From Octopus sinensis (Eukaryota), in NCBI RefSeq assembly GCF_006345805.1, contig NC_043009.1:44392001-44456000 (forward strand): 64,000 nt of DNA, given 5' to 3'. A model generated the notes under the pieces. That model did no database searches, was not told where the DNA came from, and worked only from the letters and a program-made list of their open reading frames with translations. Both the position numbers and the translations under genes were made by a program. Of this stretch, positions 51,118 through 62,779 are shown in pieces (the stretch's first letter is position 1; each line of letters opens with the position of its first letter).

Positions 51118-51540
51118 CATTAAAAGCTAAGTATTTCCTCAACTTTTGCTTCTCTATGTGTCAAAAGTGTCACTCACAGTTTTTGATTCAAAGTAGATTT
51201 ATGTTGGTTTGTTGAAGAATTCACTGTCATGGACTTCTGAATGCAGATTGAACTGCTGACCTTTGTTGTATAGTCCAGTGTTTTAACCTCTCTTGTCACA
51301 TCCGCTTTATTTAATACTACATTTATACTGATGTCTTGCCTTGATTATTAACCTTTGTGTTTGTTCTTACAAGAGATTTTAATCAATAGATTCTCCTATT
51401 GTCTTCAGATACAATATATGTATATGTGTGCTGGGTGGGGTGGGGGTGAGGAGATGTGTGAGTGTGTGTGTATATACATGCATGTACAAGCATGTATGTG
51501 TGCATGAATGTGTGTTAATGCATGTGGATGTGTATATGTA

Positions 51541-51569
<29 letters not shown>

Positions 51570-51571
<2 letters not shown>

Positions 51572-51720
51572 GTAGGTCCCGGGTTGATCCGGGGTTAACC
51601 ACAGTAAGTAAGGTACTCAATACATAGCAGAGTAAAATTAATTTATTATATAGAAGGAGCTTCTACAGGACTAGTACTGTTTCATTCAAGAGAAATCTTC
51701 AGGAAGCTATTTAACAAGAA
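51570..51720 (-). mobile_element. Penelope-like terminus with degenerate hammerhead-like motif (51656-51710)
   Basis: Minus strand AGCTTC-CTGAAGA-TTTCTCTTGAAT-GAA-ACAGTACTAGT-C-CTGTAGAAGCT. Confidence 0.45.
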
Positions 51721-51972
51721 TTGTATTAGCATTTATACATTTAGGCAGGTTTAAAGGAGTGGTGGTGGGGGACTTTTTTGGGGGTAGGCATAGCGCAAAA
51801 TATCATACTTGGGGGAGTGGTCAAGGAGTCAGTGGTAAGTTAGATGAAAGAATAGATAAATAAAAAAATAAAAAATAAAAAATAAAAAATAGAAAAATAA
51901 AAAATAAAATGTGTGCACATACATACATAAACACATATACATACACACACACATACGTACACATGTGTGCCT

Positions 51973-52009
<37 letters not shown>

Positions 52010-52039
52010 AATGTGTATCTAGCTACCTATCTATCTACC

Positions 52040-52245
52040 TATCTCGCCATGATAGATCGCTAGCCACTACACATTCTTTATTTTCTCTCCTTTTTTCTTT
52101 CTGTGTTCCTTTCTGTGGAAGAGCTTAGGCTCAAAACGTTAAAGACTTTTTCACTTCCCGAGCGTTAAACTAATACATCTGTTTGTTGTCTACACCACCT
52201 GTCTTCGTCTTTTGTTGTTTTTTTTTTTTTTGGTGAATTCTTCCC
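52040..52245 (+). mobile_element. Penelope-like pseudo-LTR (same family as 20295-20455) with hammerhead-like motif at 52109-52144
   Basis: gccatgatagatcgctagccactacac...CTTT-CTGTGGA-A-GAGC-TTAG-GCTC-AAA-ACGT-T-AAAG...caccacctgtcttcgtctttt. Confidence 0.7.
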
Positions 52246-52429
52246 CTATCTATCTGTTTATACTTACACCCACAAACATACATACAATGTATATTATGCA
52301 TTTGTTACAGTTGGAAGTATCTAGATTCTTTCATGCTTATTTGTCAAGATTTATGTACATTGTTTGTGTTGGTCTTCTTAGAACTGGCTACTTTATTGTC
52401 ATACTAAACACTTACATGTGATATCCTAA

Positions 52430-52650
52430 AACCAAAGTGCCACTTAAAAAGCACTGGTGACAATACCACTTAAAAAGCACCTAGTACACTCTGTAAAGTG
52501 GTTGGCAATAGGTAGGGCATCCATTTGCAGAAACCAAACCAAGCCAAAACAGACTGTGGGACCTGGCGTGGCACCTGGTCTTGCCAGACATGTCAAGCTG
52601 TTCAACCTATGCCAGTATGGAAAACAGATGTTAAATCACGATGATGATGA
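52430..52650 (+). mobile_element. Meta-type SINE, degraded
   Basis: gtggttggcaataggtagggcatcc...aacctatgccagtatggaaaacagatgttaaatcacgatgatg. Confidence 0.7.
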
Positions 52651-52699
52651 TGTAACCTGTTTGACAGCCAAATAGACTGAGGTAACATTTATGGTAAAC

Positions 52700-53014
52700 A
52701 CATGTGTGCTGAGGATGTAGCTGTACTCTGTCTCCAAGTGCAGAAGTTGATGTCGCACCAGGCAGTGAAGCAACTTTGTAGGTGGTTTGGCCCCTTCCAC
52801 CACAGCACCAGCGCTACCCACGGCCACCTACTGATGTAGGTAACAAAACTCCTGCCCGACAGCATAAGCTTTGTTGAATTGGTTGTTGCAACTCTGGACT
52901 AGATGATTCTGTCATCCTCAGTGCTCATTCTTGTTGCACCACTTGCTCTCTCTCTTTTGAGCCAGATGTCATGGCTTGTTTCTCAGCAGCTTCTGACAAT
53001 TTTCTGGCAACATC
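52700..53014 (-). pseudogene. RLE-type (R2/NeSL/HERO-like) LINE extreme 3' end
   Basis: Minus strand ...ARKLSEAAEK/SHDIWLKRE resembles the ..SEAAE.AS.WLW.KR terminus; recalled similarity only. Confidence 0.4.
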
Positions 53015-53214
53015 TTTCCAGCCCCAGTACTTAACTGGTACTTTATCTTAATCCTTTGAGAGATGAAAGACAGAGGTGACATCAGTAGGATTTAAACCTC
53101 AGAATATAGAGTTGGTAAAAAATGAGGCATTTTCTTCAATGCTGTAAAGATTTTGGTAGCTAGTCACATACATAGATGGGATCTATGTCTAAAATATACA
53201 TATATATATATAAG

Positions 53215-53613
53215 TACAGGCATGGCTGTATGGTAAGAAGCTTGCTTCTCAACCTCATGGTTCTAGGTTCAGTCCCACTGTGTGGCAGCTTGGGCAAATG
53301 TCTTCTACTATAGCCTCAGGCTGATCAAAGCCTTGTGAAAGTGATTTGGTAGATGGAAACTGAAAGAAGCCCGTCATATCTATATATGTATGTGTGTGTG
53401 TGTGTATTTGTGGTTTGTGTTTGTCTCCTCATCACCACTTGACAACTGGTGTTGGTGTGTTTACATCCCTGTAACTTAGTGGTTTGGCAAAAGATACCAA
53501 TAGAATGAGTACTAGGCTTACAAAGAATAAGTCCTGATGTTGAGATGTTTGACTAAAGCTCTTCAAGGTGGTGCTTCAGCGTGGCCACAATCAAATGACT
53601 GTAACAAGTAAAG

Positions 53614-53615
<2 letters not shown>
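53215..53615 (+). mobile_element. CORE-type SINE, full length
   Basis: Family match from head to tail. Confidence 0.85.
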
Positions 53616-53654
<39 letters not shown>

Positions 53655-53656
<2 letters not shown>

Positions 53657-53846
53657 TAAAACGGTAAGATAACAAAAGAATGAAAGAGACCTCAATATTA
53701 TGTAAATAGAGGAAATTTATCTATACAATAATATGTTACATTACTTGGTAGTCAAGATAAAACTCTGAGTTTCAGATGCCGAAGTGAAATCCACAACACC
53801 ATCTCTTCGGTTATCTGACTACCGAGTAATGTAACATATTATTGTG
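53655..53846 (-). mobile_element. Penelope-like terminus with a type-I hammerhead-like motif closed by a 36-bp stem (53725-53846)
   Basis: Minus strand ...GTAGTCAGATAA-CCGAAGA-GATG..CATC-T-GAA-ACTC-A-GAGT-T-TTATCTTGACTAC... Confidence 0.6.
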
Positions 53847-53889
53847 TATATATATATATATATATATATTTATTCTTTTTATTTTTTAA

Positions 53890-54225
53890 CTTGTTTGTCA
53901 TATGCTGGAGCACTTCCTTCAGGGGTTTTTAATTGAACAAATCGACCCCAGGACTTATTTTGAAGCCCAGCACTTATTCTGTCTCTTTTGCTGAACTGCT
54001 AAGTTATGGGGATGTAAACATACCAACACAGGTTGTGAATCAGTAATGGTGGGGGGAATAAACACAGACACATAGATACACACGACAGGCTTTTTTGCAG
54101 TTTCCATCTACCAAATCTATGCAGAAGGCCTTGGTCTGTCCGAGGCTATAGTAGAAAGCACTTGTCCAAAGTGCCATGCAGTGGGACTGAACCTAGAACC
54201 ACATGGTTGAGAAGCAAGCTTCTTA
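53890..54225 (-). mobile_element. CORE-type SINE, degraded
   Basis: Reverse family match. Confidence 0.75.
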
Positions 54226-54384
54226 TCTCACACACCACACACACACACACACATATGATATTCACAATAAAAATACATATAAACAAAATTATAATAAAAT
54301 AAATGCTTTATATATCATTCAAATGGTATAAAGGGACTTCTGAGTAACTGTGTGTTTATTTATATATATATCTCACTTTTCTCT

Positions 54385-54760
54385 CTTTTACTTGTTTCAG
54401 TCTGCAGCCATGCTGGAGCACCACCTTTAGTCGAACAAATTGACCCCGGGACTTATTCTTTGTAAGCCCAGTACTTATTCTATCGGTCTCTTTTGCCGAA
54501 CCGCTAAGTGACAGGGACATAAACACACCAGCATCGGTTGTCAAGCAATGCTAGGGGGACAAACATAGACACACAAACATATACACACGCATACATATAT
54601 ACGACAGGCTTCTTTCAGTATCCGTCTATCAAATCCACTCACAAGGCATTGGTCAGCCCGGGTCTATAACAGAAGACATTTGCCCAAGATGCCACGCAGT
54701 GGGACTGAACCTGGAACCATGTGGTTGGTAAGCAAGCTACTTACCACACAGCCACTCCTA
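54385..54760 (-). mobile_element. CORE-type SINE, full length
   Basis: Reverse family match ending cagccactcctatgcct. Confidence 0.9.
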
Positions 54761-54787
54761 TGCCTATATATATATATATTATATATA

Positions 54788-54835
<48 letters not shown>

Positions 54836-55604
54836 TCTTGCAGCCAGCTCCCTGCTTCCGTTATCTCTCTAACAATTGTTTTACTCATGGTGGCATCATT
54901 GTATGGACTTGTCTGCAATATTACTTTGTCATTTGTTTTTCCTTTTGCTAAACTCGCTTTCATGGAACCAAGAACCCCCCCAAAAAAAATCCTTTCTCTG
55001 GGGAATGGAATTCTCATGCCCCCCCCCCCCCCACTCTCTTCCATATCTTCCTCTTTGCATTTCGCGGCTTCCTCACTCACACTCAGCCTGTGCCTCTCTT
55101 CTTCCCTCCTCCCTTTTCCTCTTCCTCCCTCTCCTACACAGATCTGCTCATCCTCCCTCCCCTTCTCCTCCTCCCCAGCCGTATCAACCATGCCTGTTTG
55201 TTACCTTCTTGCCCCCCTGCCTCCCCTCCTCCTCCTCCTCCTCCCATCATCAGCCATACCAAGAAATATGAATGAAATGAAATCATGTGAAGTGATGGGT
55301 GCGTGCGGTGCTGGTGCCTGCTGGAGTCAACAACAGCAAGGAGGCATTGGGTAATTCTACAATTGGGTCACATTCTATGCATGTCTGCCTTCCTTATTTC
55401 ATTCAGACACGGGGCAACAATGCTCCTCCACTTTCTGCTGTTTTTCAATTTTTTTTCTCTTTTTTGTTCCTTAATTCAGTTATTCAGTTCTGTTTTCTTT
55501 ATTTATTTTCACACACACAAAGTGTGGAGAAATGCATGTGTATAAATATATATGCATATATATGTATATAGATGTATACATGTGTGTGTGTATATATATA
55601 TATA

Positions 55605-55825
55605 TCTATTTCTTTACTACCCGCAAGGGACTAAACACAGAGAGGACAAACAATGACAGACAAACGGATTAAGCCGATTATATCGACCCCAGTGCGTAAC
55701 TGGTACGTAATTTATCGACCCCGAAAGGATGAAAGGCAAAGTCGACCTTGGTGGAATTTGAACTCAGAACGTAAAGGCAGGTGAAATACCGCTAAGCATT
55801 TCGCCCGGCATGCTAACGATTCTGC

Positions 55826-55828
<3 letters not shown>
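55605..55828 (-). mobile_element. Deu/Nin-type SINE, young
   Basis: tatttctttactacccgcaaggg...atcgaccccgaaaggatgaaaggcaaagtcgacc...gctaagcatttcgcccggcatgctaacg. Confidence 0.9.
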
Positions 55829-55857
<29 letters not shown>

Positions 55858-55858
<1 letters not shown>

Positions 55859-56135
55859 CATCATCATCATCATCATCATCATCGTTTAACGTCCGCTTTC
55901 CGCGCTAGCACGGGTTGGACGGTTTGACCGGGTCTGGGAAGCCAGGGGCCGCTCCAGGCTCCAGTCTGAATCTGGCAGAGTTTCTACGGCTGGATGCCCT
56001 TCCTAACGCCAACCACTCCGTGAGTGGATTGGGTGCTTTTTACGTGCCACCTGCACAGGGGCCGGAGGGTCCGGCATCGTCACGATCGGATTCGAGCATT
56101 TTAACGTGTCAGCGGCACGGGGGCAACGAGGTCCG
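55858..56135 (-). mobile_element. Meta-type SINE with RTE tail, CpG-rich variant
   Basis: (cat)n, ccgcgctagcacgg tail hairpin (other copies ccatgctagcatgg), ctacggctggatgcccttcctaacgccaacc core. Confidence 0.85.
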
Positions 56136-56566
56136 GGGTACTTTGGGGATTGGGGTATTTTGGGGATCCGGGGTACTTTGGGGATCCGGGGTACTTAGAA
56201 GGGTAGGGGGGTACTTAGAATGGGTAGGGGGGTAACTTAGAATGGTAGGTGACGAGGCGGGAGGGTACTAAAAGGGGATGGTCGGATTGAGGCAGTGTCA
56301 GGAGGAAGCGTAAGATCGGTGGGCAGTTGATGAGCTATGGCGCTAGCAGCTTGTCTTAAGCATATGAGGAGAAGTGGTAGTGGGAGGAGGAGGAGGGAGT
56401 AGGGCGTACCCAGTGTAGATGAGTAAGGTGTATCCGGTGTGTAGATAGAGAGAACGGGGTATACTGGTATTGGTGGTGGGGGGGTGAGAACAGTGTTCAA
56501 CGGTATTGGTGGTGGGGGTGAGAACAGTGTTCAACGGTATTGGTGGTGGGGGTGGGGGCGGGCGCA
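56135..56566. repeat. G-rich linker with short tandem modules and satellite-like motifs
   Basis: (ggggtactttggggatcc) x2-3, (ggggggtacttagaa(t)gggta) x3, (ggtattggtggtgggggtgagaacagtgttcaac) x2.5. Confidence 0.8.
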
Positions 56567-59500
56567 CCGCCAATGACTGAAAGATGGGAAAAAGATGGGA
56601 TTACGGCTTGAGGCAGCCTGCGGTTAAATATTGTAGAGAGAGAGATAGGAAGATAAATCAAGTTATGGCGAAGGCTTGAAAGTATCTTAAAAAAGGTTAA
56701 ATTTTCGTAACAGTGTATGAATAAACGTATTAACAACGAATAAAAAAATATAGTAAGATAAATTTTTTAAGAACTTGCTGCGGTCATCGAGCGGGAGTTG
56801 AAATTGAAGAAGAAAGTAGTTGAACTGGGAATTTAAATTGCAGAATCGTAATAGTAATAGTAATGGCGGTTTTCAAGTTTTAGCATATGAAGAAGAAGAG
56901 GAGGAAAAAAAAAAGGGGAAAAAGAAGCCCGCCAATGACTGAAAGATGGGAAAAAGAGGATTACGGCTTGAGGCAGCCTGCGGTTAAATATTGTAGAGAG
57001 AGAGATAGGAAGATAAATCAAGTTATGGCGAAGGCTTGAAAGTATCTTAAAAAAGGTTAAATTTTCGTAACAGTGTATGAATAAACGTATTAACAACGAA
57101 TAAAGAAATATAGTAAGATAAATTTTTTAAGAACTTGCTGCGGTCATCGAGCGGGAGTTGAAATAAGAAGAAAGTAGTTGAACTGGGAATTTAAATTGCA
57201 GAATCGTAATAGTAATAGTAATGGCGGTTTTCAAGTTTTAGCATATGAAGAAAAGAGGAGGAAAAAGAAAAAAAAAAAGACCGCCAATGACTGAAAGATG
57301 GGAAAAAGATGGGATTACGGCTTGAGGCAGCCTGCGGTTAAATATTGTAGAGAGAGAGATAGGAAGATAAATCAAGTTATGGCGAAGGCTTGAAAGTATC
57401 TTAAAAAGGTTAAATTTTCGTAACAGTGTATGAATAAACGTATTAACAACGAATAAAAAAAATATAGTAAGATAAATTTTTAAGAACTTGCTGCGGTCAT
57501 CGAGCGGGAGTTGAAATTGAAGAAGAAAGTAGTTGAACTGGGAATTTAAATTGCAGAATCGTAATAGTAATAGTAATGGCGGTTTTCAAGTTTTAGCATA
57601 TGAAGAGAAGAGGAGGAAAAAGAAGACCGCCAATGACTGAAAGATGGGAAAAAGATGGGATTACGGCTTGAGGCAGCCTGCGGTTAATATTTTAGAGAGA
57701 GAGATAGGAAGATAAATCAAGTTATGGCGAAGGCTTGAAAGTATCTTAAAAAAGGTTAAATTTTCGTAACAGTGTATGAATAAACGTATTAACCACGAAT
57801 AAAAAATATAGTAAGATAAATTTTTTAAGAACTTGCTGCGGTCATCGAGCGGGAGTTGAAATTGAAGAAGAAAGTAGTTGAACTGGGAATTTAAATTGCA
57901 GAATCGTAATAGTAATAGTAATGGCGGTTTTCAAGTTTTAGCATATGAAGAAGAAGAGGAGGAAAAAGAAGACCGCCAATGACTGAAAGATGGAAAAAGA
58001 TGGGATTACGGCTTGAGGCAGCCTGCGGTTAAATATTGTAGAGAGAGAGATAGGAAGATAAATCAAGTTATGGCGAAGGCTTGAAAGTATCTTAAAAAAG
58101 GTTAAATTTTCGTAACATGTATGAATAAACGTATTAACAACGAATAAAAAAAAAAAATATAGTAAGATAAATTTTTAAGAACTTGCTGCGGTCATCGAGC
58201 GGGAGTTGAAATTGAAGAAGAAAGTAGTTGAACTGGGAATTTAAATTGCAGAATCGTAATAGTAATAGTAATGGCGGTTTTCAAGTTTTAGCATATGAAG
58301 AAGAAGAGGAGAAAAAGAAGACCGCCAATGACTGAAAGATGGGAAAAGATGGGATTACGGCTTGAGGCAGCCTGCGGTTAAATATTGTAGAGAGAGAGAT
58401 AGGAAGATAAATCAAGTTATGGCGAAGGCTTGAAAGTTATCTTAAAAAAGGTTAAATTTTCGTAACAGTTGTATATAACGTATTAACAACGAATAAAAAA
58501 TATAGTAAGATAAATTTTTTAAGAACTTGCTGCGGTCATCGAGCGGGAGTTGAAATTGAAGAAGAAAGTAGTTGAACTGGGAATTTAAATTGCAGAATCG
58601 TAATAGTAATAGTAATGGCGGTTTTCAAGTTTTAGCATATGAAGAAGAAGAGGAAAAAGAAGACCGCCAATGACTGAAAGATGGGAAAAAGATGGGATTA
58701 CGGCTTGAGGCAGCCTGCGGTTAAATATTGTAGAGAGAGAGATAGGAAGATAAATCAAGTTATGGCGAAGGCTTGAAAGTATCTTAAAAAAGGTTAAATT
58801 TTCGTAACAGTGTATGAATAAACGTATTAACAACGAATAAAAAAATATAGTAAGATAAATTTTTTAAGAACTTGCTGCGGTCATCGAGCGGGAGTTGAAA
58901 TTGAAGAAGAAAGTAGTTGAACTGGGAATTTAAATTGCAGAATCGTAATAGTAATAGTAATGGCGGTTTTCAAGTTTTAGCATATGAAGAAGAAGAGGAG
59001 GAAAAAGAAGACCGCCAATGACTGAAAGATGGGAAAAAGATGGGATTACGGCTTGAGGCAGCCTGCGGTTAAATATTGTAGAGAGAGAGATAGAAGATAA
59101 TCAAGTTATGGCGAAGGCTTGAAAGTATCTTAAAAAAGGTTAATTTTTCGTAACAGTGTATGAATAAACGTATTAACAACGAATAAAAAATATAGTAAGA
59201 TAAATTTTTTAAGAACTTGCTGCGGTCATCGAGCGGGAGTTGAAATTGAAGAGAAAGTAGTTGAACTGGGAATTTAAATTGCAGAATCGTAATAGTAATA
59301 GTAATGGCGGTTTTCAAGTTTTAGCATATGAAGAAGAAGAGGAGGAAAAAGAAGACCGCCAATGACTGAAAGATGGGAAAAAGATGGATTACGGCTTGAG
59401 GCAGCCTGCGGTTAAATATTGTAGAGAGAGAGATAGGAAGATAAATCAAGTTATGGCGAAGGCTTGAAAGTATCTTAAAAAAGGTTAAATTTTCGTAACA

Positions 59501-60917
59501 GTGTATGAATAAACGTATTAACAACGAATAAAAAAAAAAAAAATATAGTAAGATAAATTTTTTAAGAACTTGCTGCGGTCATCGAGCGGGAGTTGAAATT
59601 GAAGAAGAAAGTAGTTGAACTGGGAATTTAAATTGCAGAATCGTAATAGTAATAGTAATGGCGGTTTTCAAGTTTTAGCATATGAAGAAGAAGAGGAGGA
59701 AAAAAGAAGACCGCCAATGACTGAAAGATGGGAAAAAGATGGGATTACGGCTTGAGGCAGCCTGCGGTTAAATATTGTAGAGAGAGAGATAGGAAGATAA
59801 ATCAAGTTATGGCGAAGGCTTGAAAGTATCTTAAAAAAGGTTAAATTTTCGTAACAGTGTATGAATAAACGTATTAACAACGAATAAAAAATATAGTAAG
59901 ATAAATTTTTTAAGAACTTGCTGCGGTCATCGAGCGGGAGTTGAAATTGAAGAAGAAAGTAGTTGAACTGGGAATTTAAATTGCAGAATCGTAATAGTAA
60001 TAGTAATGGCGGTTTTCAAGTTTTAGCATATGAAGAAGAAGAGGAGGAAAAAGAAGACCGCCAATGACTGAAAGATGGGAAAAAGATGGGATTACGGCTT
60101 GAGGCAGCCTGCGGTTAAATATTGTAGAGAGAGAGATAGGAAGATAAATCAAGTTATGGCGAAGGCTTGAAGTATCTTAAAAAAGGTTAAATTTTCGTAA
60201 CAGTGTATGAATAAACGTATTAACAACGAATAAAAAATATAGTAAGATAAATTTTTTAAGAACTTGCTGCGGTCATCGAGCGGGAGTTGAAATTGAAGAA
60301 GAAAGTAGTTGAACTGGGAATTTAAATTGCAGAATCGTAATAGTAATAGTAATGGCGGTTTTCAAGTTTTAGCATATGAAGAAGAAGAGGAGGAAAAAGA
60401 AGACCGCCAATGACTGAAAGATGGGAAAAAGATGGGATTACGGCTTGAGGCAGCCTGCGGTTAAATATTGTAGAGAGAGAGATAGGAAGATAAATCAAGT
60501 TATGGCGAAGGCTTGAAAGTATCTTAAAAAAGGTTAAATTTTCGTAACAGTGGAATAAACGTATTAACAACGAATAAAAAATATAGTAAGATAAATTTTT
60601 TAAGAACTTGCTGCGGTCATCGAGCGGGAGTTGAAATTGAAGAAGAAAGTAGTTGAACTGGGAATTTAAATTGCAGAATCGTAATAGTAATAGTAATGGC
60701 GGTTTTCAAGTTTTAGCATATGAAGAAGAAGAGGAGGAAAAAGAAGACCGCCAATGACTGAAAGATGGGAAAAAGATGGGATTACGGCTTGAGGCAGCCT
60801 GCGGTTAAATATTGTAGAGAGAGAGATAGAAGATAATCAAGTTATGGCGAAGGCTTGAAGTATCTTAAAAAAGGTTAAATTTTCGTAACAGTGTATGAAT
60901 AAACGTATTAACAACGA

Positions 60918-60961
<44 letters not shown>

Positions 60962-62300
60962 GTAAGATAAATTTTTTAAGAACTTGCTGCGGTCATCGAG
61001 CGGGAGTTGAAATTGAAGAAGAAAGTAGTTGAACTGGGAATTTAAATTGCAGAATCGTAATAGTAATAGTAATGGCGGTTTTCAAGTTTTAGCATATGAA
61101 GAAGAAGAGGAGGAAAAGAAGACCGCCAATGACTGAAAGATGGGAAAAAGATGGGATTACGGCTTGAGGCAGCCTGCGGTTAAATATTGTAGAGAGAGAG
61201 ATAGGAAGATAAATCAAGTTATGGCGAAGGCTTGAAAGTATCTTAAAAAAGGTTAAATTTTCGTAACAGTGTATGAATAAACGTATTAACAACGAATAAA
61301 AAATATAGTAAGATAAATTTTTTAAGAACTTGCTGCGGTCATCGAGCGGGAGTTGAAATTGAAGAAGAAAGTAGTTGAACTGGGAATTTAAATTGCAGAA
61401 TCGTAATAGTAATAGTAATGGCGGTTTTCAAGTTTTAGCATATGAAGAAGAAGAGGAGGAAAAAGAAGACCGCCAATGACTGAAAGATGGAAAAAGATGG
61501 GATTACGGCTTGAGGCAGCCTGCGGTTAAATATTGTAGAGAGAGAGATAGGAAGATAAATCAAGTTGGCGAAGGCTTGAAAGTATCTTAAAAAAGGTTAA
61601 ATTTTCGTAACAGTGTATGAATAAACGTATTAACAACGAATAAAAAATATAGTAAGATAAATTTTTTAAGAACTTGCTGCGGTCATCGAGCGGGAGTTGA
61701 AATTGAAGAAGAAAGTAGTTGAACTGGGAATTTAAATTGCAGAATCGTAATATAATAGTAATGGCGGTTTTCAAGTTTTAGCATATGAAGAAGAAGAGGA
61801 GGAAAAAGAAGACCGCCAATGACTGAAAGATGGGAAAAAGATGGGATTACGGCTTGAGGCAGCCTGCGGTTAAATATTGTAGAGAGAGAGATAGGAAGAT
61901 AAATCAAGTTATGGCGAAGGCTTGAAAGTATCTTAAAAAAGGTTAAATTTTCGTAACAGTGTATGAATAAACGTATTAACAACGAATAAAAAATATAGTA
62001 AGATAAATTTTTTAAGAACTTGCTGCGGTCATCGAGCGGGAGTTGAAATTGAAGAAGAAAGTAGTTGAACTGGGAATTTAAATTGCAGAATCGTAATAGT
62101 AATAGTAATGGCGGTTTTCAAGTTTTAGCATATGAAGAAGAAGAGGAGGAAAAAAAGACCGCCAATGACTGAAAGATGGGAAAAGATGGGATTACGGCTT
62201 GAGGCAGCCTGCGGTTAATATTGTAGAGAGAGAGATAGGAAGATAAATCAAGTTATGGCGAAGGCTTGAAAGTATCTTAAAAAAGTTAAATTTTCGTAAC
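56567..62300. repeat. 347-bp satellite array: 16 full copies plus a 142-bp partial copy
   Basis: ccgccaatgactgaaagatggg starts at 56567, 56929, 57281, 57627, 57973, 58322, 58664, 59012, 59356, 59711, 60058, 60404, 60748, 61123, 61470, 61813 and 62159; copies differ almost only by homopolymer indels. Confidence 0.98.
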
Positions 62301-62779
62301 ATTCATGCACATGTGTATGTGTGTATATAAGTGTATGTATATGTTTGTATATGTATACATATGTGTATATATCTGTGTGGCTGTGTAGTTGCTTGCTTCC
62401 TGATCACATAGTTTCAAGTTCAGTCCCACTGCATGGCAACTTGGGCAAGTGTCTTCTTCGAGAGTCCTGGGTTGACCAATGCATCATAAGTGGATTCGGT
62501 CTGTGGGAATTGAAAGTAACCTACTCTGTGCGTGTGTGTGTGTATTGCATGTTGTGTTACATATCAGGACAGAAGATAACAGGTACATACAACTCATGCT
62601 CTGTTGAACTTCATCCTTAAACTCCAACTTGGAACTTCAACTATTAAGTGCAGGGATGTTATAGCTACCTAAACGAAGATTGGTCATAAGCAGTGTTTTC
62701 ACTGAACTGCTACTATAATCGTTATGAACATTCCTCACCTGTGGTGTATTGATCTTTTTGTTATTTAAATTTTCTCTTT

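Noticed and set aside
54664-55354. 224-aa and 175-aa ORFs
   Set aside because: They are built from a SINE, (TA)n and a pyrimidine-rich low-complexity tract; no domain and no credible splice structure.
56833-61982. Recurrent minus-strand ORF MLIRLFIHCYENLTFF... (about 130 stop-free codons per unit) in the satellite
   Set aside because: No ATG until near its end, the unit length (347) is not a multiple of 3, hydrophobicity follows from the T-rich strand, and there is no recognisable domain.
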